Source: Catajapyx aquilonaris
Taxonomy: Eukaryota
NCBI GenBank assembly: GCA_000934665.2
Contig: JYFJ02000077.1
Span: 186,001 to 250,000, forward strand
Length of the DNA stretch: 64,000 nucleotides
Direction: 5' to 3'
Positions 51,201 to 64,000 of the stretch are shown in pieces. The notes under the pieces were generated by a model that saw only the letters and a list, made by a program, of their open reading frames with translations, did not search any database and had not been told where the DNA came from. The position numbers and the translations under genes are program-made. How positions within the stretch are numbered: position 1 is the first letter of the stretch; each line of letters starts with the position of its first letter.

Positions 51201-54200
51201 ACGAGGATATTTTTTATAACGTTATTGCAAATGAGATGCAAGAGCATCACATGATTGTATAAGATACTGTACACCGTATGTTTGAGCTGTATATCAGACA
51301 CTCCAAGGTAAATTGCTTTTTCAATATACCGGTACCGTAATTCAGGCAATTTTTATGCCAAGCTATTAAGTAGGATAACTAATACGGCTGTTAGAGAGAC
51401 TATGGTATTTTAAAAACAGCAAAAGTTATGGGTGGGTTCCGGACACAGTAGAGTACACAGCAGAGGTCTACCTGGTGAAATAGCCCCTGGAGACCATAAC
51501 ACCTGGACCGCTCCAACAACAACAACAGCAGCAACATGTTCTATACAGCCAAGTTATGAAGAGAAAACAACGGCATTATTTACAGTAATTAACTCATAAA
51601 TGTCTTTGCACTCATGCAGAAACCGGCAGAAACGTACTCACTGTCAGGTGTACTTTTGCGAGAGTCGTTGTGTTTTTGTAGAAATACGTACACCAGACGG
51701 TGCAAACTTCAGTAATTTTGGTCATTTTTCTATAGAAGTTAGTTCATATGTCGTGTTGCGAGAAATTACTCACTTGCAATATACAGTAGGCCTATCACCC
51801 TGTGAATTGAGCGTAACAAAATAATTCGAACGCTTTTCGTGCTGCTCTCATGAAACGCCATTGGCGAGATTTAAATTCCTGCGGGAAACCCCAAATGGGA
51901 AAAACAATTTGACACAATTTAGTCACCCGGCACGTTACAGTGGCCCTAAACAAATAAAGTTTGCACATTTTGGCCAAATTACTGGCTAAACCTCAGCGCA
52001 CCGAGTAATGCTCGTTGCTCCGTTTCTAATTCCCCGCAGCAAAAACCTAGATCGATTCTAATAGTGTTGAATTTCTACTGTGTGACAGTCCACCTCTTGA
52101 TCTGTTGAAATATTGATCGACAAGGGATGGGAAAAAAGGAGCGTAAAAGGGATGCTGGCACCTTGATCCGCCTGCGCATTGTTCTCTCTTATATCTATCC
52201 ATCTATAGTTCCCACCTATATATAATTTTTTTTTCAAGTCCCGCCTACATATAACTTGACAGAATAATTCCGGCGAAGGCTTGGCCGCAATTTCAGCAAT
52301 TGCATCAGCGGCATGCAAACTATTTTGTGGGCAACAGGGCGTGGGATGCGGTCGCTGAGGGAGGCCTGATTGCAACCTAATGGAATTTGGCCCTCCCCAG
52401 CAGCCGATCTAAAGACTCGCACTGTGCACCTTGCCCAAATTAGTGAGTCTTCCAGCCTTATCTGCGGGTGTAATTTGCCTCGTTTGGGATGTATTATACT
52501 CGCTGGCACTTGGGTTTCAGATAGTGCTGGTGGTTGCCGTTGGCGTAGGTGGAGGTGATGTCGAGGGGATTTTTTTAAATGTCTTTTTAAACTACTCTAT
52601 TTGGCATATCATTTCTGCTCGATAAATTTGTTATATTGAATAAAATAATTAATATGGTGGATGGAACGTAGATGAAAGAGGCGATACTCAAAGGGACTGA
52701 AATGGAGAAATCGTGTACAGTACGCCAGCACAAAACTTTGTGAACGATAGTTTCTTGTGTGGGAAGAAGTTATATGAGTTCAATCAGTATTTGCATGGGT
52801 TTCCCTTCCAGCCTTAAAATTTATTAGAAAAATGTTAATCAAGTGAGATAATTAAGAGGGTATCAAATTTTTTGTGTAAAAATTTGGACATGTGATTATA
52901 CACATAATAGTGGCTACAGTATCACTTACGTAGAATTAAGCACGTTGGAAAACCAGTGCTTAGGGCATTACCTAAAGAGCGAAATCACGTTCCTGAACAA
53001 CCAGAATAGATGTTGTCCATCATTTATTCATTGAACACAGGCACGAAAATGGGTCCTCTCAGCAGTGATGTGCGCATAAGAAGACTTCTCATTGGTTGGC
53101 TCAACAAAAGTTTTATCACTCCCGAACAGTTTGCAAGCAACCACATTACTTTCGGCTGCGCAATTCTAGACTCGCCTCGACAAAACGATACCACTGAATG
53201 CAATATAGATAGTACGGTCTGCCGCGCGCAGATGGGGCCCGTGTAGGACATTTTGCAACGGAAGCTTCGACTGTCGTCAGTGACAAAGAACAGCGTCGTT
53301 TGCACTAACTATACTAATTAATTCAGCCAACAGGCATGTCCAGAAAAGGTCAAAGTTTCGCCCAACAGCAATGCTCTTCGAAATGGGTACAATCCTACCT
53401 CCGAACCGGGAGTTCCTGAAACGACGCCATTTTGAGACCAACAAAATGTCTTCTCTCGAACATTTCTAGGACCCCCCCCCCTCTTTTTTCCTTTCTTCTT
53501 CTTCCCCTATCTCTCCTGCTTTCAAAGGCGTATTTGACCGCAAAGACCCTCGGGGCTTTCTCTTCAATTGCCTCGGAAAGACTAGAGACCCAATTGAGAT
53601 CCAGCTTTTAGTCAGAAAACGAAGGGACTGAGAAAGGAGGCAGCAGCAGCAGACACGAGATGAGCTTAATTGCTTCCAGGAAGGATTCCAGGCAGGGATC
53701 AAACGGAATTTAGCCACCCTTTTTTTGGGAAACTGGTCGATATTTCGCACTTCTATTATTATCACTAGTTTGTTGGATATTGGACCTAAAAAAGAACCAC
53801 GAAAATAGGACAATTTCCTGCTGGTTTGAAGGTTTGAATTTGGTTGACTCCACTAGCAATGTGGGAGAGTGCTACTGCTAAATATTAGCAATGACTTATG
53901 TCAGGGTGGAAATTCCGAAATATTTCTGCGAAATTTTCCTAGTTAGTTCAAGAGTTTTGGAGGTCACTTGTATGTCGTGTCAAATGAGGCCTTTTCCTGC
54001 CATGCCTCAGTGGCTTGTGAGCATGAACTGACTTGAGTCTCGTGCAAATAAAATTGTAGAGCGTGAAAGAGGAGGGCTTTCGAATTTTCAACTTGGTTCG
54101 CCAGGTGCCCTGCATTTAATCTCGATGGGCAAGTTGGTGGGGGTTTAGTTGGTCCCAGAGAAGGAATTGGACTAATCAAAGGCTTCTACCTCGACATTCG

Positions 54201-57200
54201 TTTGCCCCAGACTAGTTTGAGAGGACGAAATGGGCTCTCATTTGCCTAGACAGTTCCTATAGGAGAAGAAAATTGCCTGCCAAGAAAACCCTTTGCTATG
54301 CCAATCTGTGGGTTTTATTTCATACCAAGAGCAAGTTTGCCAGTTTACCTTTTCATAGCTGTTCTAGTGGTCTACAAATGTGTTTACAGAGAGGGGGATT
54401 GAAGAGAATTTTGTTGGCTCGTATAGAAGACGCCTGCAGTTTTCGTGCCTTCCCACGCGGGCCATTTTTGAACCTCTTTGTCGGAATTAATTTTCGAGCC
54501 TGGTGGAAGTGTGATAATAAGTTTATATCTGATGTGGAATCCCACTTGTATGCATTTCTAATGATATTTTCTTTGTCTTGCTGCTTTTTAATTGGCTGAT
54601 AGGTGATGACGTACGAGCTGGTAAGTCCAAACTTTATAAACTGTGATTCTTCTGACACATATGGCCTTCTATTGTACTGTAGGTAGTAAGGTAGCGGTTG
54701 TTTTTAGAGGTGAAAACATACGTTTCTTTATGTTGTACAAGTAGCAAAGAAAACAGTCATCTTCCTGTAGTTAATATTAATACTATAGCAACCTGTCTTC
54801 TTTGCATGTTGCCCCATTCAATACCTGGTTATAAATAATCCACCGTAAGTACCAAAACTTTTACGACACCGTCGAATTGCCATTCCCAAAGCGACTTTGC
54901 TGAACCCTCACAATTTGTCCCCAAACTGAAACACTTCGTGAAACTTATCCGCGACGCCCACACTCCCTAACTATAAATTATGTAAGGGCATGAAAATGTC
55001 TTGTATGATTTTGAGGTCGGATTCCCTTATCCATTGAAGCAAATGATCCATGAGGCTCGATCCAGTATTGCAATCAATCAAAGGTTCGGGAGGCAAGGGG
55101 ATCGTGCAGAAGGCGAGTCTCTTGGGGTAAGGTGGAGGAGAGCCAGTGGGGAGGAGGAAGCGGGGGGGGGGGGAAGTAGGGTATGGAGGAGACAGCCCAC
55201 CGCCCCAATTCATTCCGGAGATTCTCCGATAAAAGGGCCGGCGTTGTTGCCTGTGAAATAGGGCTCCGGAGAGGCCTCGTCAGTCGGATGGAATTATTCC
55301 AGCATCGCTCCCCCACCACCACCCAACCGCTCAATTCTTGGCCTTTCCAGGAGGAAATTGAGCGATCTATGCACGGGCACTGCCAGGAAATTGCCACCAG
55401 CTTTATTTATTGGCAAAAGAAGGGACGGAAATATTTTGCCTCGGGATTGGGGGAGTGTATTTTTTACGGCTTTCAAATTGATGTTTTGTTCAGAGTTATG
55501 CGATGTGAATGCATAATCTGTTGTGGTGGTGGCGGTTTCTATTTTATGTTTCAGAAAATCGTTGGGAAAGATATACTGGCGGATTTTTTTTGGACAGTTA
55601 GGATACAATAGTTTCGCTATTTGTGATTTTGATTTTACGTAACGTGACATATAGTCTCCGTATTACGTCATAATAATTGAGGTTTAATTAATTACACTTG
55701 TTTCAGATGGATCAAGGTGAAATGACGTAAAGTGTTATAATGGGAACTGTCAGCTGTTTACGACAGTTGTGTTGCGTATCAGTCTGCTTATACCCCTGTC
55801 TAATTCAGCATGATTAGAGAGTTGTAATTTAAAGCGAAAGTGATTTCAAAAAGCTCCGATTACTAGCATTTGACAAGTATATGTTACGCCATAATAATGC
55901 AATATTATTTTCTATCGTACTTGTATAACGCTTAACATATATCACAAAAATTGTTCCCGAAAAGCCATTTCTGCAAGTTGTCTTAGGTATTGAAGAGCAT
56001 TTTCAGCCCATGCCCGAACCTTCAAGTGAGCCAAAAGAGAACCGCGAAACCTCTGCCCCACCCCTCGTGTGTACCGGAAAGTATTGGTGTTCCGGGCTCT
56101 GTTGGAAGTCCGGAGACGCTCCGCCAGAGCGAGCGACTCTCCACTTCCCGTCCAACCCGGCCATAGTAATGTATGTATCGGATGCAAAACGTAGGCCATC
56201 CCCTGGTTAAAATGCGACTAAAGTTACGGCGGCGGGCATGAAAATGCCATTATCATGTGCAGCGTTAACGATGTGCAAAAATTTCATGCGCTCTGATTAT
56301 CGCAGAGTGCACAATTAATGTGAGGTAATATGGCGTATCCAGTGGGAACAGATCGTAACAAAAAAAATGCGTTTCGGGCCCCGGCACAAAATTCACATTA
56401 AAGTGATAACATTCCCGCTAGATTCTAGCTGATGCAAATGGATGCAAATGGAATGAAAATCGCCCGACGAACTTTTCCACCTATACAAAGTACAGGACAG
56501 ATTTTCCCACACACACTCAGATTGATAATAAAAAAGCACTTGCATGGGTGCCATGACCCTCTATATCCCACCGAATCTCTCTGTATAGCAGCCTAAGGGG
56601 AGCTTCCATTACAAAGACAGTGTTTATCGATGTTTATACCCCCAGAGAGGTGGACTGGACGCTACACTTTCATTGGGGCGAGTTAAATCCATTAATAGCT
56701 CATTAATAGCGACGCCTCCGGGTACATTAAGCTTGTACCATACATGAAAACTATTGCCGTTGATTTTAAAGGAAATGGGTTGCAACAGATGACAGGATTC
56801 ACAGCAACTGCTCATAAACACCTCTCAAGTGATAACTTATTTAAGTAGATCTGCATCGTTCAGATTATTATTAGTTTTTATGATGATGATTATTATTATG
56901 AACAAAAAAAGAACTAGCATAATGATTATAATCTCACAGCTGTACATATGTCACTGTCCTCCATATAGGCCGCTAAGCATACTCGGGGGGTTAATACCTA
57001 ATAATTGCCCACTTTTAAGGCCTGTACACCAAACTTTGCATTACATCGCGTGCATGCATCTCATCCACCTGTCCCTATATATATACACTCGACCGTTCAC
57101 AGTTCGTTAGCCCTGTCGGTTATACCACGGATTTTGCCTCCCCATATCCGGAGCCATGGGAAGGAAATCATCTGGTTGCTACGAGCAACCCCAACCGATT

Positions 57201-60200
57201 GTCAACCCCCGCATACAATTTTTATAACCACCCCCACCCCTTCCCATACCACCAGCATTAGTTGCAGGGAAATTCTCCTTGACCTGCTAAAGCCATTGCG
57301 GTCAATATAGTAAATCTGGGCATTAATCCTCATTTTTCCAGTTGTTTTTGGAGGGTTGTAGTAGCTCGTTAGGTGGCGCTGTGGGCTGAAAACGGACCAA
57401 ATCTCTCCTTTAACCTTTCCTAGTCCTGGAGCAAGTGTAAAGGGCGTTTCTCCAATTCTCATCCGTGCTGTTTGCGGAACTCAGACAAAAAGGAATAGTG
57501 GTACGCCACTGCACGACCTTTCCCAGTCAGCAGTCAAATCCGAATCATCAGAATTCTACAAGAAACTTAGGCCTTGTTTCCACAGGGTTAAATGACCTCG
57601 CACAAGAAAGCTCACTAATTACCCCGGGTTATTTCCCTAGGAATTAATTATAAATTATTCCTACGGGCCATATTTTGTGCGCTCGGATCCGCTTTTTCAA
57701 TGGCCAAGTACTGATTAGGCCGGAAATTACTTCGGGAAGGTGTTTTGTTACCCCCAGTCCCACCAGGGCTAGTCAGAGACATTACTTGAACTGGATCAAA
57801 AATAGTCGGAACAATCGATGCCCCCCATGTAAGCACACACCTACGAGAGAGTCTGCATGCGAATTTATGTCGCACAGTTATTGCCAGTTGGTGAAATGTT
57901 GATTGCACTTCGAGTCCCCAAATTGGCGTCTGGAGGCTTTGATCTCGTTTGCTTATCAAAGTTATAGCAGAATGTAGTGTGCTGTATATAGGTTCTCTTT
58001 TCATGTTATTACGTAGTGAACATTAATATGGGCGAGTTATGCGAGGAATTGATATGTACCGGCTAGATAGAACTTTCCAGGTAGTACGAAGCATTTTAAA
58101 TCAGATATATCATTTTAAGCAAAACGTATTGAATTTAACATACTAGCGAGTGATATTTATATCTAAAGATGCACTTGTTATCATTGCATCAGGTAACACT
58201 GCAGGAAGAAATTGGCAGCAAGAATGGCATTGTACACAACAAATTGTTGCTTTTTCTCAAATTATGTCTTCAAGCTTAGAAATGACGTGTCGTTGTCACT
58301 TATTGAAGCTGGTTATAAACAGGGAGTATCAAAAATATAAGATCTATTAACATTTCATTGAAGGGAAGTCGACCATTCAGTTCTTGAAGAGCTGAGAATT
58401 TACATTGAGAATGACCCATTTGGAGCCCGTTTCTAACCCATTTGGAACCCATTCACATTCGAGGTGAAGGGCTGGACGACTTTCCTGCACTGCAGTGCTT
58501 TAAAAGAATTATTTATTCCAGCTGAATATTATAGCAGCTAATATCTATAACCGCAAAAATTTACTATTATGAAGTTGATTATTTATAATAAGTAGCTTAG
58601 AGCAAAGAATTTCTAACACTTCTATTTATCACATTCCTTTCGACTGAAAGCTGTATCCATATAAGGACAATAATAATAATTGACATACGAAGCCAATGCA
58701 AATATTCATGTTTAAATTATTGCAGATCCGTATAGGATTCGTATATCTAGGAATCTGAGGTCTGCACTTCATAACATAATGTAAAAGTGTGTACTACTTT
58801 GAAGCGAATAGTAAATGCGACTGAAACATTATATATTCAGAGGAAAATTAAGTGACACCTTCCTTCAGATAATTTTATTGACTTGTCTAACAGAGCAGTT
58901 AAACTTATCCGGAATGAAATCACTTCCTCAGTAATCTCTTTAGAAAAGCACTTTGGCAGGTGGGTACTCTCAGCTGTATGTGTATTGGCACGAAAGTTGC
59001 TCTAATGAGTTGAGTTGGCCTTATGTTTCATTATGATTGAAACATATGTTTGAGGTAAATACCTCAGTACCGGGGATGACTTCATGTAGGGGTGTCATAT
59101 ATATGGTATAATGTACACTTTGATCAATGATAGTTATCACGGTAATGAGGCGATTGAGACCAAATGATACCTTTGATCAGTTATACCCAGTAGTCCATCC
59201 TAGAAGTTTGTCTGAATTATTATGTACCACTCGGTTTATAGGTCAGCGATTTCGTAACATTTCCATACAATATTGACATGACGTAAAAAGAAACACACAA
59301 GAATATCGCTTACGCCGAAGCTATTTCATCAGATTCGCAGAAAAGTATATAAAAATAGCAACCACGATCTAAATCCATCTGGGTCATTCCTTCACCCAGA
59401 ATATCATCTGACAATTTCCGCGAAATCCTCGCAACTTCCAGATATAGCCTTATATCCCCGGTACAGCAGCAGCTCCTACTCGCACTATTATCAAAGGCAC
59501 AATGTAGCTGAGCCAGGCTTTAAGAAAAGGCACATTACGAAACCAATATCCACCTGCTGCGAATTGCGTCCCGAGTCACCACCCCCTTATTTCCCAGAAA
59601 GTGATCATCAATTCACGGGATATAATGTGTACACTTGACCTTTCCGCCAGTTCCTTCCGAGAGCCACTCCAGACCAGAGGAAAGCGGTTCTTAATGTACA
59701 CAAAACCCGACTTTTTCTTCCCCTTCTTATTATTCGTCTCTAGGACTTTCAGTTAACCACAAATGCTCGTATTTGCATGACGTAACTCGGACATTTGCAC
59801 GAGTAAAGTGTTACTGTACACATTGTAGGCGTGGTTGGCAGAGAAACCTTGTATCTCCGTTGTCAACTAATGACTCTCACCTGATTTCCCAAATGAATTG
59901 GAAAAGTGGGAGGGAGTTTATATGATGGAGATGGGGGTTCTAGGTTACTTCACCACTTCATTTCATTAGGTGCTTTGAAGAGAATGGGCTAAGGATACAC
60001 TCGTGTAAAATTGAAGTCTTTGGCCGAAAAATGGCAGTGCATTTGCAAAATTACCAGTGCCAATTACTGTGGGTGTTGAGGGGTTGTGCAATTATTTAAT
60101 CGCAAGGCATAATCCGGGGTTATGCTGCCAGCAAGGTCTGGTTCAAACGTAATTTTGGTAAAGTGCCACTCGAGATTGAATAGTGTTATTTGACATCTTC

Positions 60201-60590
60201 GGCGTAATAACGTCACCTTTGACCTTTACCTGAGGATCCTGCATGGAAGGGGCATGTAAAGCATTAACGAGATTGAACTGAGGATTGGAATAAGGAAGAT
60301 TGGCACCGTCTGCAAAAATAGATTGTGCCTGCTCCTTAATAAGATTATTATATTCATAGCTATTCAATCTGCAGTTAAATTAAAGACGATTAGCCCCAAT
60401 CAGTGATCAAACACAAATTACTCTGGTTTCATACCGCCACGAGCCAAGCCAAATTAATATTTGTGGCAAATATTTCATTGTGCCAGAGGTCATTGAACAT
60501 GTCTAAAAATATGTGCCAGTGAGCCCAGAAGGCCACAAGTAATAGACTCCAATCCAGAGGGTCTAATCATGATCCCTTTGAAATTTGAAC

Positions 60591-60612
60591 NNNNNCCCCC
60601 CCCCCCCCCCCC
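60591..60612. other. Small assembly gap (N5) at a poly-C run
   Basis: nnnnn followed by a C homopolymer. Single Ns also occur in C runs near 15695 and 35615. Confidence 0.95.
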
Positions 60613-61507
60613 AATATTCTTCTTCATGCCTCGTAATGCCCTTTGATTATCATAATGCTTGCTGGACGGTTACGACAGGCCACGTTCCACCGGATCTCAT
60701 CATCTCTCCCAAATGGCCAGGGATATAGACTCCAGCCTATATCCGCCGGAGGAAGCAACGTAGAAGGAGAATGGTGACCTTCGCCTTCAACATTTTGATG
60801 GCCCGCCTTTATCTCATTCCCTTCCTCCAGAGACCGTTTTCAAGACTTCGGCACTCCACTTTTCTAGAGCTTTTACTTGTCCCGACGAAAATCATATTTT
60901 TTAGCCAGGATAAGAGCAGCTTCCGGGCAGAAATTGAGTGCGGATATGGCTTCTAGCTAGATGTAGAGTATAGTCAGAATTGTCAACTTGTACTGTAGCA
61001 GTGATTTGCCAGGATCAGCGTTCCTGAGACCCCTGGTACAGTATACTGTACCTTTGTTTTTTTCCAGCACCTTCTGATTAACTCAAACGCGTAAAAAAAT
61101 AGGTGATTGAAAGGTGTACTAGGGGTCTCAGGAGGTTATGTAATTCATCTGCTGTACGTTGTGGACTATTTACACGACTTGAATATTATTAAATTAATGT
61201 GGCCATGGTATAGCCTCAGAAAAAAATGCGGGACCGACTCTCTAGTGTCGAATCTCCGTGCTCTGTTATAATTACGCAAATGGGTCGACGATGGACACGC
61301 CCGTTTTTTTTGCATAAAAAACGTTAAAGGCGAAGAAAACTGTGGAAATATTATTCAAGGAGCTCTGCCGCGTCGTCGGACTTGAAAAGAGAAGATTACT
61401 AATCGGATTGTTCTCATTATGAGGAAGCGGCGGTTTCTTTGATATGCAGAGGAGCAGAGAATTATTACAAGTCTGGAATTGCGTACGTTTGACGAAAAAA
61501 AATCTCC

Positions 61508-61571
61508 ATGTCTGCAAATAGAAGTTTTATTAAAAACCCCTCCGTTAACAGAGCAGGTTCCCTCTTACCTG
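61508..61571 (+). CDS. Candidate alternative first coding exon (possibly Pde1c)
   Basis: ATG...MSANRSFIKNPSVNRAGSLLP then phase-1 donor CTG|GTGAGT; CpG-rich upstream sequence; same phase as the Pde1c exon donor. Confidence 0.35.
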
Positions 61572-63927
61572 GTGAGTTTTATGAAAACTCGTATATTTTA
61601 AGGGCATCATTTTTTGGCAATAGTCCTGAATCCGCATTTTTTACATCCAAAAATACCGTTCAACGACCCCTGAAATTCTAAAAATACATCTTTTGTGGTA
61701 GACCATCTTTCAGTATCGACCAAATAATCAACCTCTTTCTTTGGGGGCAGATTGTGTTTGCAGTTTCATTCCTTTCAACCACAAGCAGACATCCTCCCTT
61801 ACCCATTGAAAGAAAAATCAGAGCGAAAGAAGCCACAGCCTCATCCATGAATCACTCTCTTCACAACATGCTGCGTCACGCCTTAGGAGTTTGAAAAGAT
61901 GAAAAACATATATCATGGCCTGTTTATTTTCACTCTTCAAATTCATAGCTGAGAGAGTGTCGCCATTACTTCGGTCTCTTTATGTGGGAAATTATTTCAA
62001 AGGAAACGCGATTTGTGTATTCAAATAGTAGTGGTTACGTGAAATGGTGTCTTTAGTTCGGAAATTTTATTGGTAGTTTTAAATATCGAGGGCATCAGAG
62101 TGGAAGTTTATGTAGACATGATTTTTTAATGAATTAAAACGACGCCGTTCCGAAGATATCGTTTCCGGGTTCGGGCTGTGTAATAGCACATTACTCCCAT
62201 GCAGATGTCAACAATAGGTCATCAAACGATGCTCTGTGCATTTTGGCGCATATTATGCAATATGCAATTAATAAACTATTCAACAACCCCTCCTATTAGG
62301 ATATGTCCATCATTATTAATTTCCATTAATATCTAACCCGCGCAGTAAATTCCCCCACAACTTAGTACAGGCTTCCAAAAGTAGGTCTGTAACCCACAAC
62401 CACGTGACCTTTTCGCTTGAAAGACCCCATTTTTTAAAAGGGTCTTCACATGGCCGAGTGACCAGTTGCAGGCGTTGGCGTTCCCAATAAACTTTTCTCC
62501 CGTTTGTTTCGAACAAAAGCTTCATCGGTCAGCTCAACAAAACTATTGTATTTCTAGTGAAAGGCGCCCCCCCTCCCCACTAGCCTTACATGTCGACTTT
62601 GGAGTTTTGGTGCTACGAAGTTGATGCGAAAAGACGCGAACTGGCTCTAATTGGAAATCCCCAGGATCAGGTTTTCCAATTTCGCATCCCTGGCCTAGAC
62701 CCAAAGGGTAATACTAATCCCCACTCTGCTTGACCGTAGGTGGGGCTTGACTCGAGCACAACGACCTTTATGGGTGGGTGGTGATAGTGGAGGTCACTTA
62801 TATAAAAAGGGCGGTGACAGATCTTCCGGAGATAGGAAATACCTTGAGGAGTTATTGGATTTGGAGTGAAGAGAGGAAGCGGAATCTCTTGTTTGCTGAA
62901 GGACTGGGAATATCTCAGCTGTGCATAAGAGTTGGTCATATTGATCATTATTTGCATGATGGGAATAAGGCGGGGCTCTAACGTCACATGGAGGTCAGCT
63001 CTGCTTAATTAAAGAAATCGCAACTATTCTCTGATTACTTCAACAATTTCTATGCACATTTCATTGAAACAGAATGTCTGCCTGATTACCCCCACGTGCC
63101 TGTAACTCATAGAAAACCGGCAACAAAGCACAATTATACACCGCAAAGTAATATAGCGTGTCCCACATTATCATCTGCAAACGCGCTTATTACCAAACCC
63201 ATGGCCCACCCTCCAAGGACTCCCTGTCGTTCCTTTTGACGTAACCCAGCCAGGGAAGATTAATCTCATGGCGACGACGATAAGATGGCGGAATTGGGGT
63301 TGGGTGGAAGGGAGGCCTTCATTTTGGGGTTATATTCTGAGGCCTACTTAGGGATCCAGGGGAGATGAAAAGCTGCATAAATGCTATGGCCGACTCCGGA
63401 CCTAGCACCGGATTTCCACACATCCGACTCATCCGGGCTTTGCTGGGGGATTAGCTCCGCGTCAAGATTTCAACCATTGTGATAATGAGGATTCCGAGAA
63501 CAATTCTCTCCATAGCAAAGCAGGACAGAAGCACTTGGAACTGTGCAGGACTGAATTAAGGCGATAATGGTAGCCACTTTAACCGGAATCCTTCACGGCG
63601 CGGCGGTGGGTTTGTTGGAATTGGGCTTCTCAGGAGGGGAGTGTTTGACCCCGTTGCTGTCGTGGGAATTCTGGTCCAGACGGATGGTCGGATCTTCTGC
63701 CAAGATAGGGAGGAGGGTGGGTTGCGTACTTATTAGGATGAAATTTTTCATGGTGGGCAGGATCTTTTTATAATATCACGGTTTTGCTGGATGGTTGGTT
63801 ATTTGGTAAAGAGACACGTTTTAATTTGCGTGATTGGCGTGCTTATTCAATAAATTGTAGGCTAGAGTGCCATAATATTTATTATAATTTGTGGACCTGT
63901 CACACCAGCCTTCAGATTTAATATTTA

Positions 63928-64000
63928 CTAGCAGGATACCCGGCGTTGCTCGGGTTATGAAAGACTTTTCCATAGGAGTGACTCATTGATTTGGTAGTAA
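63928..64000 (-). mobile_element. Helitron-like 3' terminus (element continues beyond the window)
   Basis: Minus strand reads CCCGAGCAACGCCGGG (GC-rich imperfect hairpin), a 7-nt spacer, then CTAG|T, the canonical Helitron 3' end. Confidence 0.65.

Noticed and set aside
55120..55190. G-rich tract as a G-quadruplex
   Set aside because: G/C runs are common throughout this window; no specific evidence of function.
1..64000. Prokaryotic systems (CRISPR, operons, defence islands)
   Set aside because: The sequence is eukaryotic with spliceosomal introns and SINEs; no repeat-spacer arrays or long ORFs.

Overview
Eukaryotic, intron-rich arthropod (probably insect) genomic DNA. Most short ORFs in the track are spurious. 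Two plus-strand genes can be recognised. (1) The 3' end of a chinmo orthologue: three phase-1-linked exons (1744-2064, 2129-2323, 2775-3271), the last encoding the chinmo C2H2 zinc-finger pair. It is followed by a putative ~9.3-kb CpG-poor 3'UTR enriched in let-7 sites, including one near-perfect site at 6505-6526, and carrying a miR-125 site and a miR-100 seed match. (2) The 5' region of a Ca2+/calmodulin-dependent phosphodiesterase (Pde1c): an N-terminal exon with the FKKCKSATF-x-DG motif ending at 33680, plus several candidate phase-1 alternative or cassette exons. Mobile DNA includes a mariner 3' remnant, a TTAA-targeting Kolobok-like MITE nested in an older TA-flanked MITE, a pogo-like MITE and a palindromic mariner-derived foldback inside the putative chinmo UTR, two copies of one tRNA-derived SINE with target-site duplications, and a Helitron-like 3' end at the right edge. 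Gene names and miRNA sequences are recalled from memory, not from database searches.
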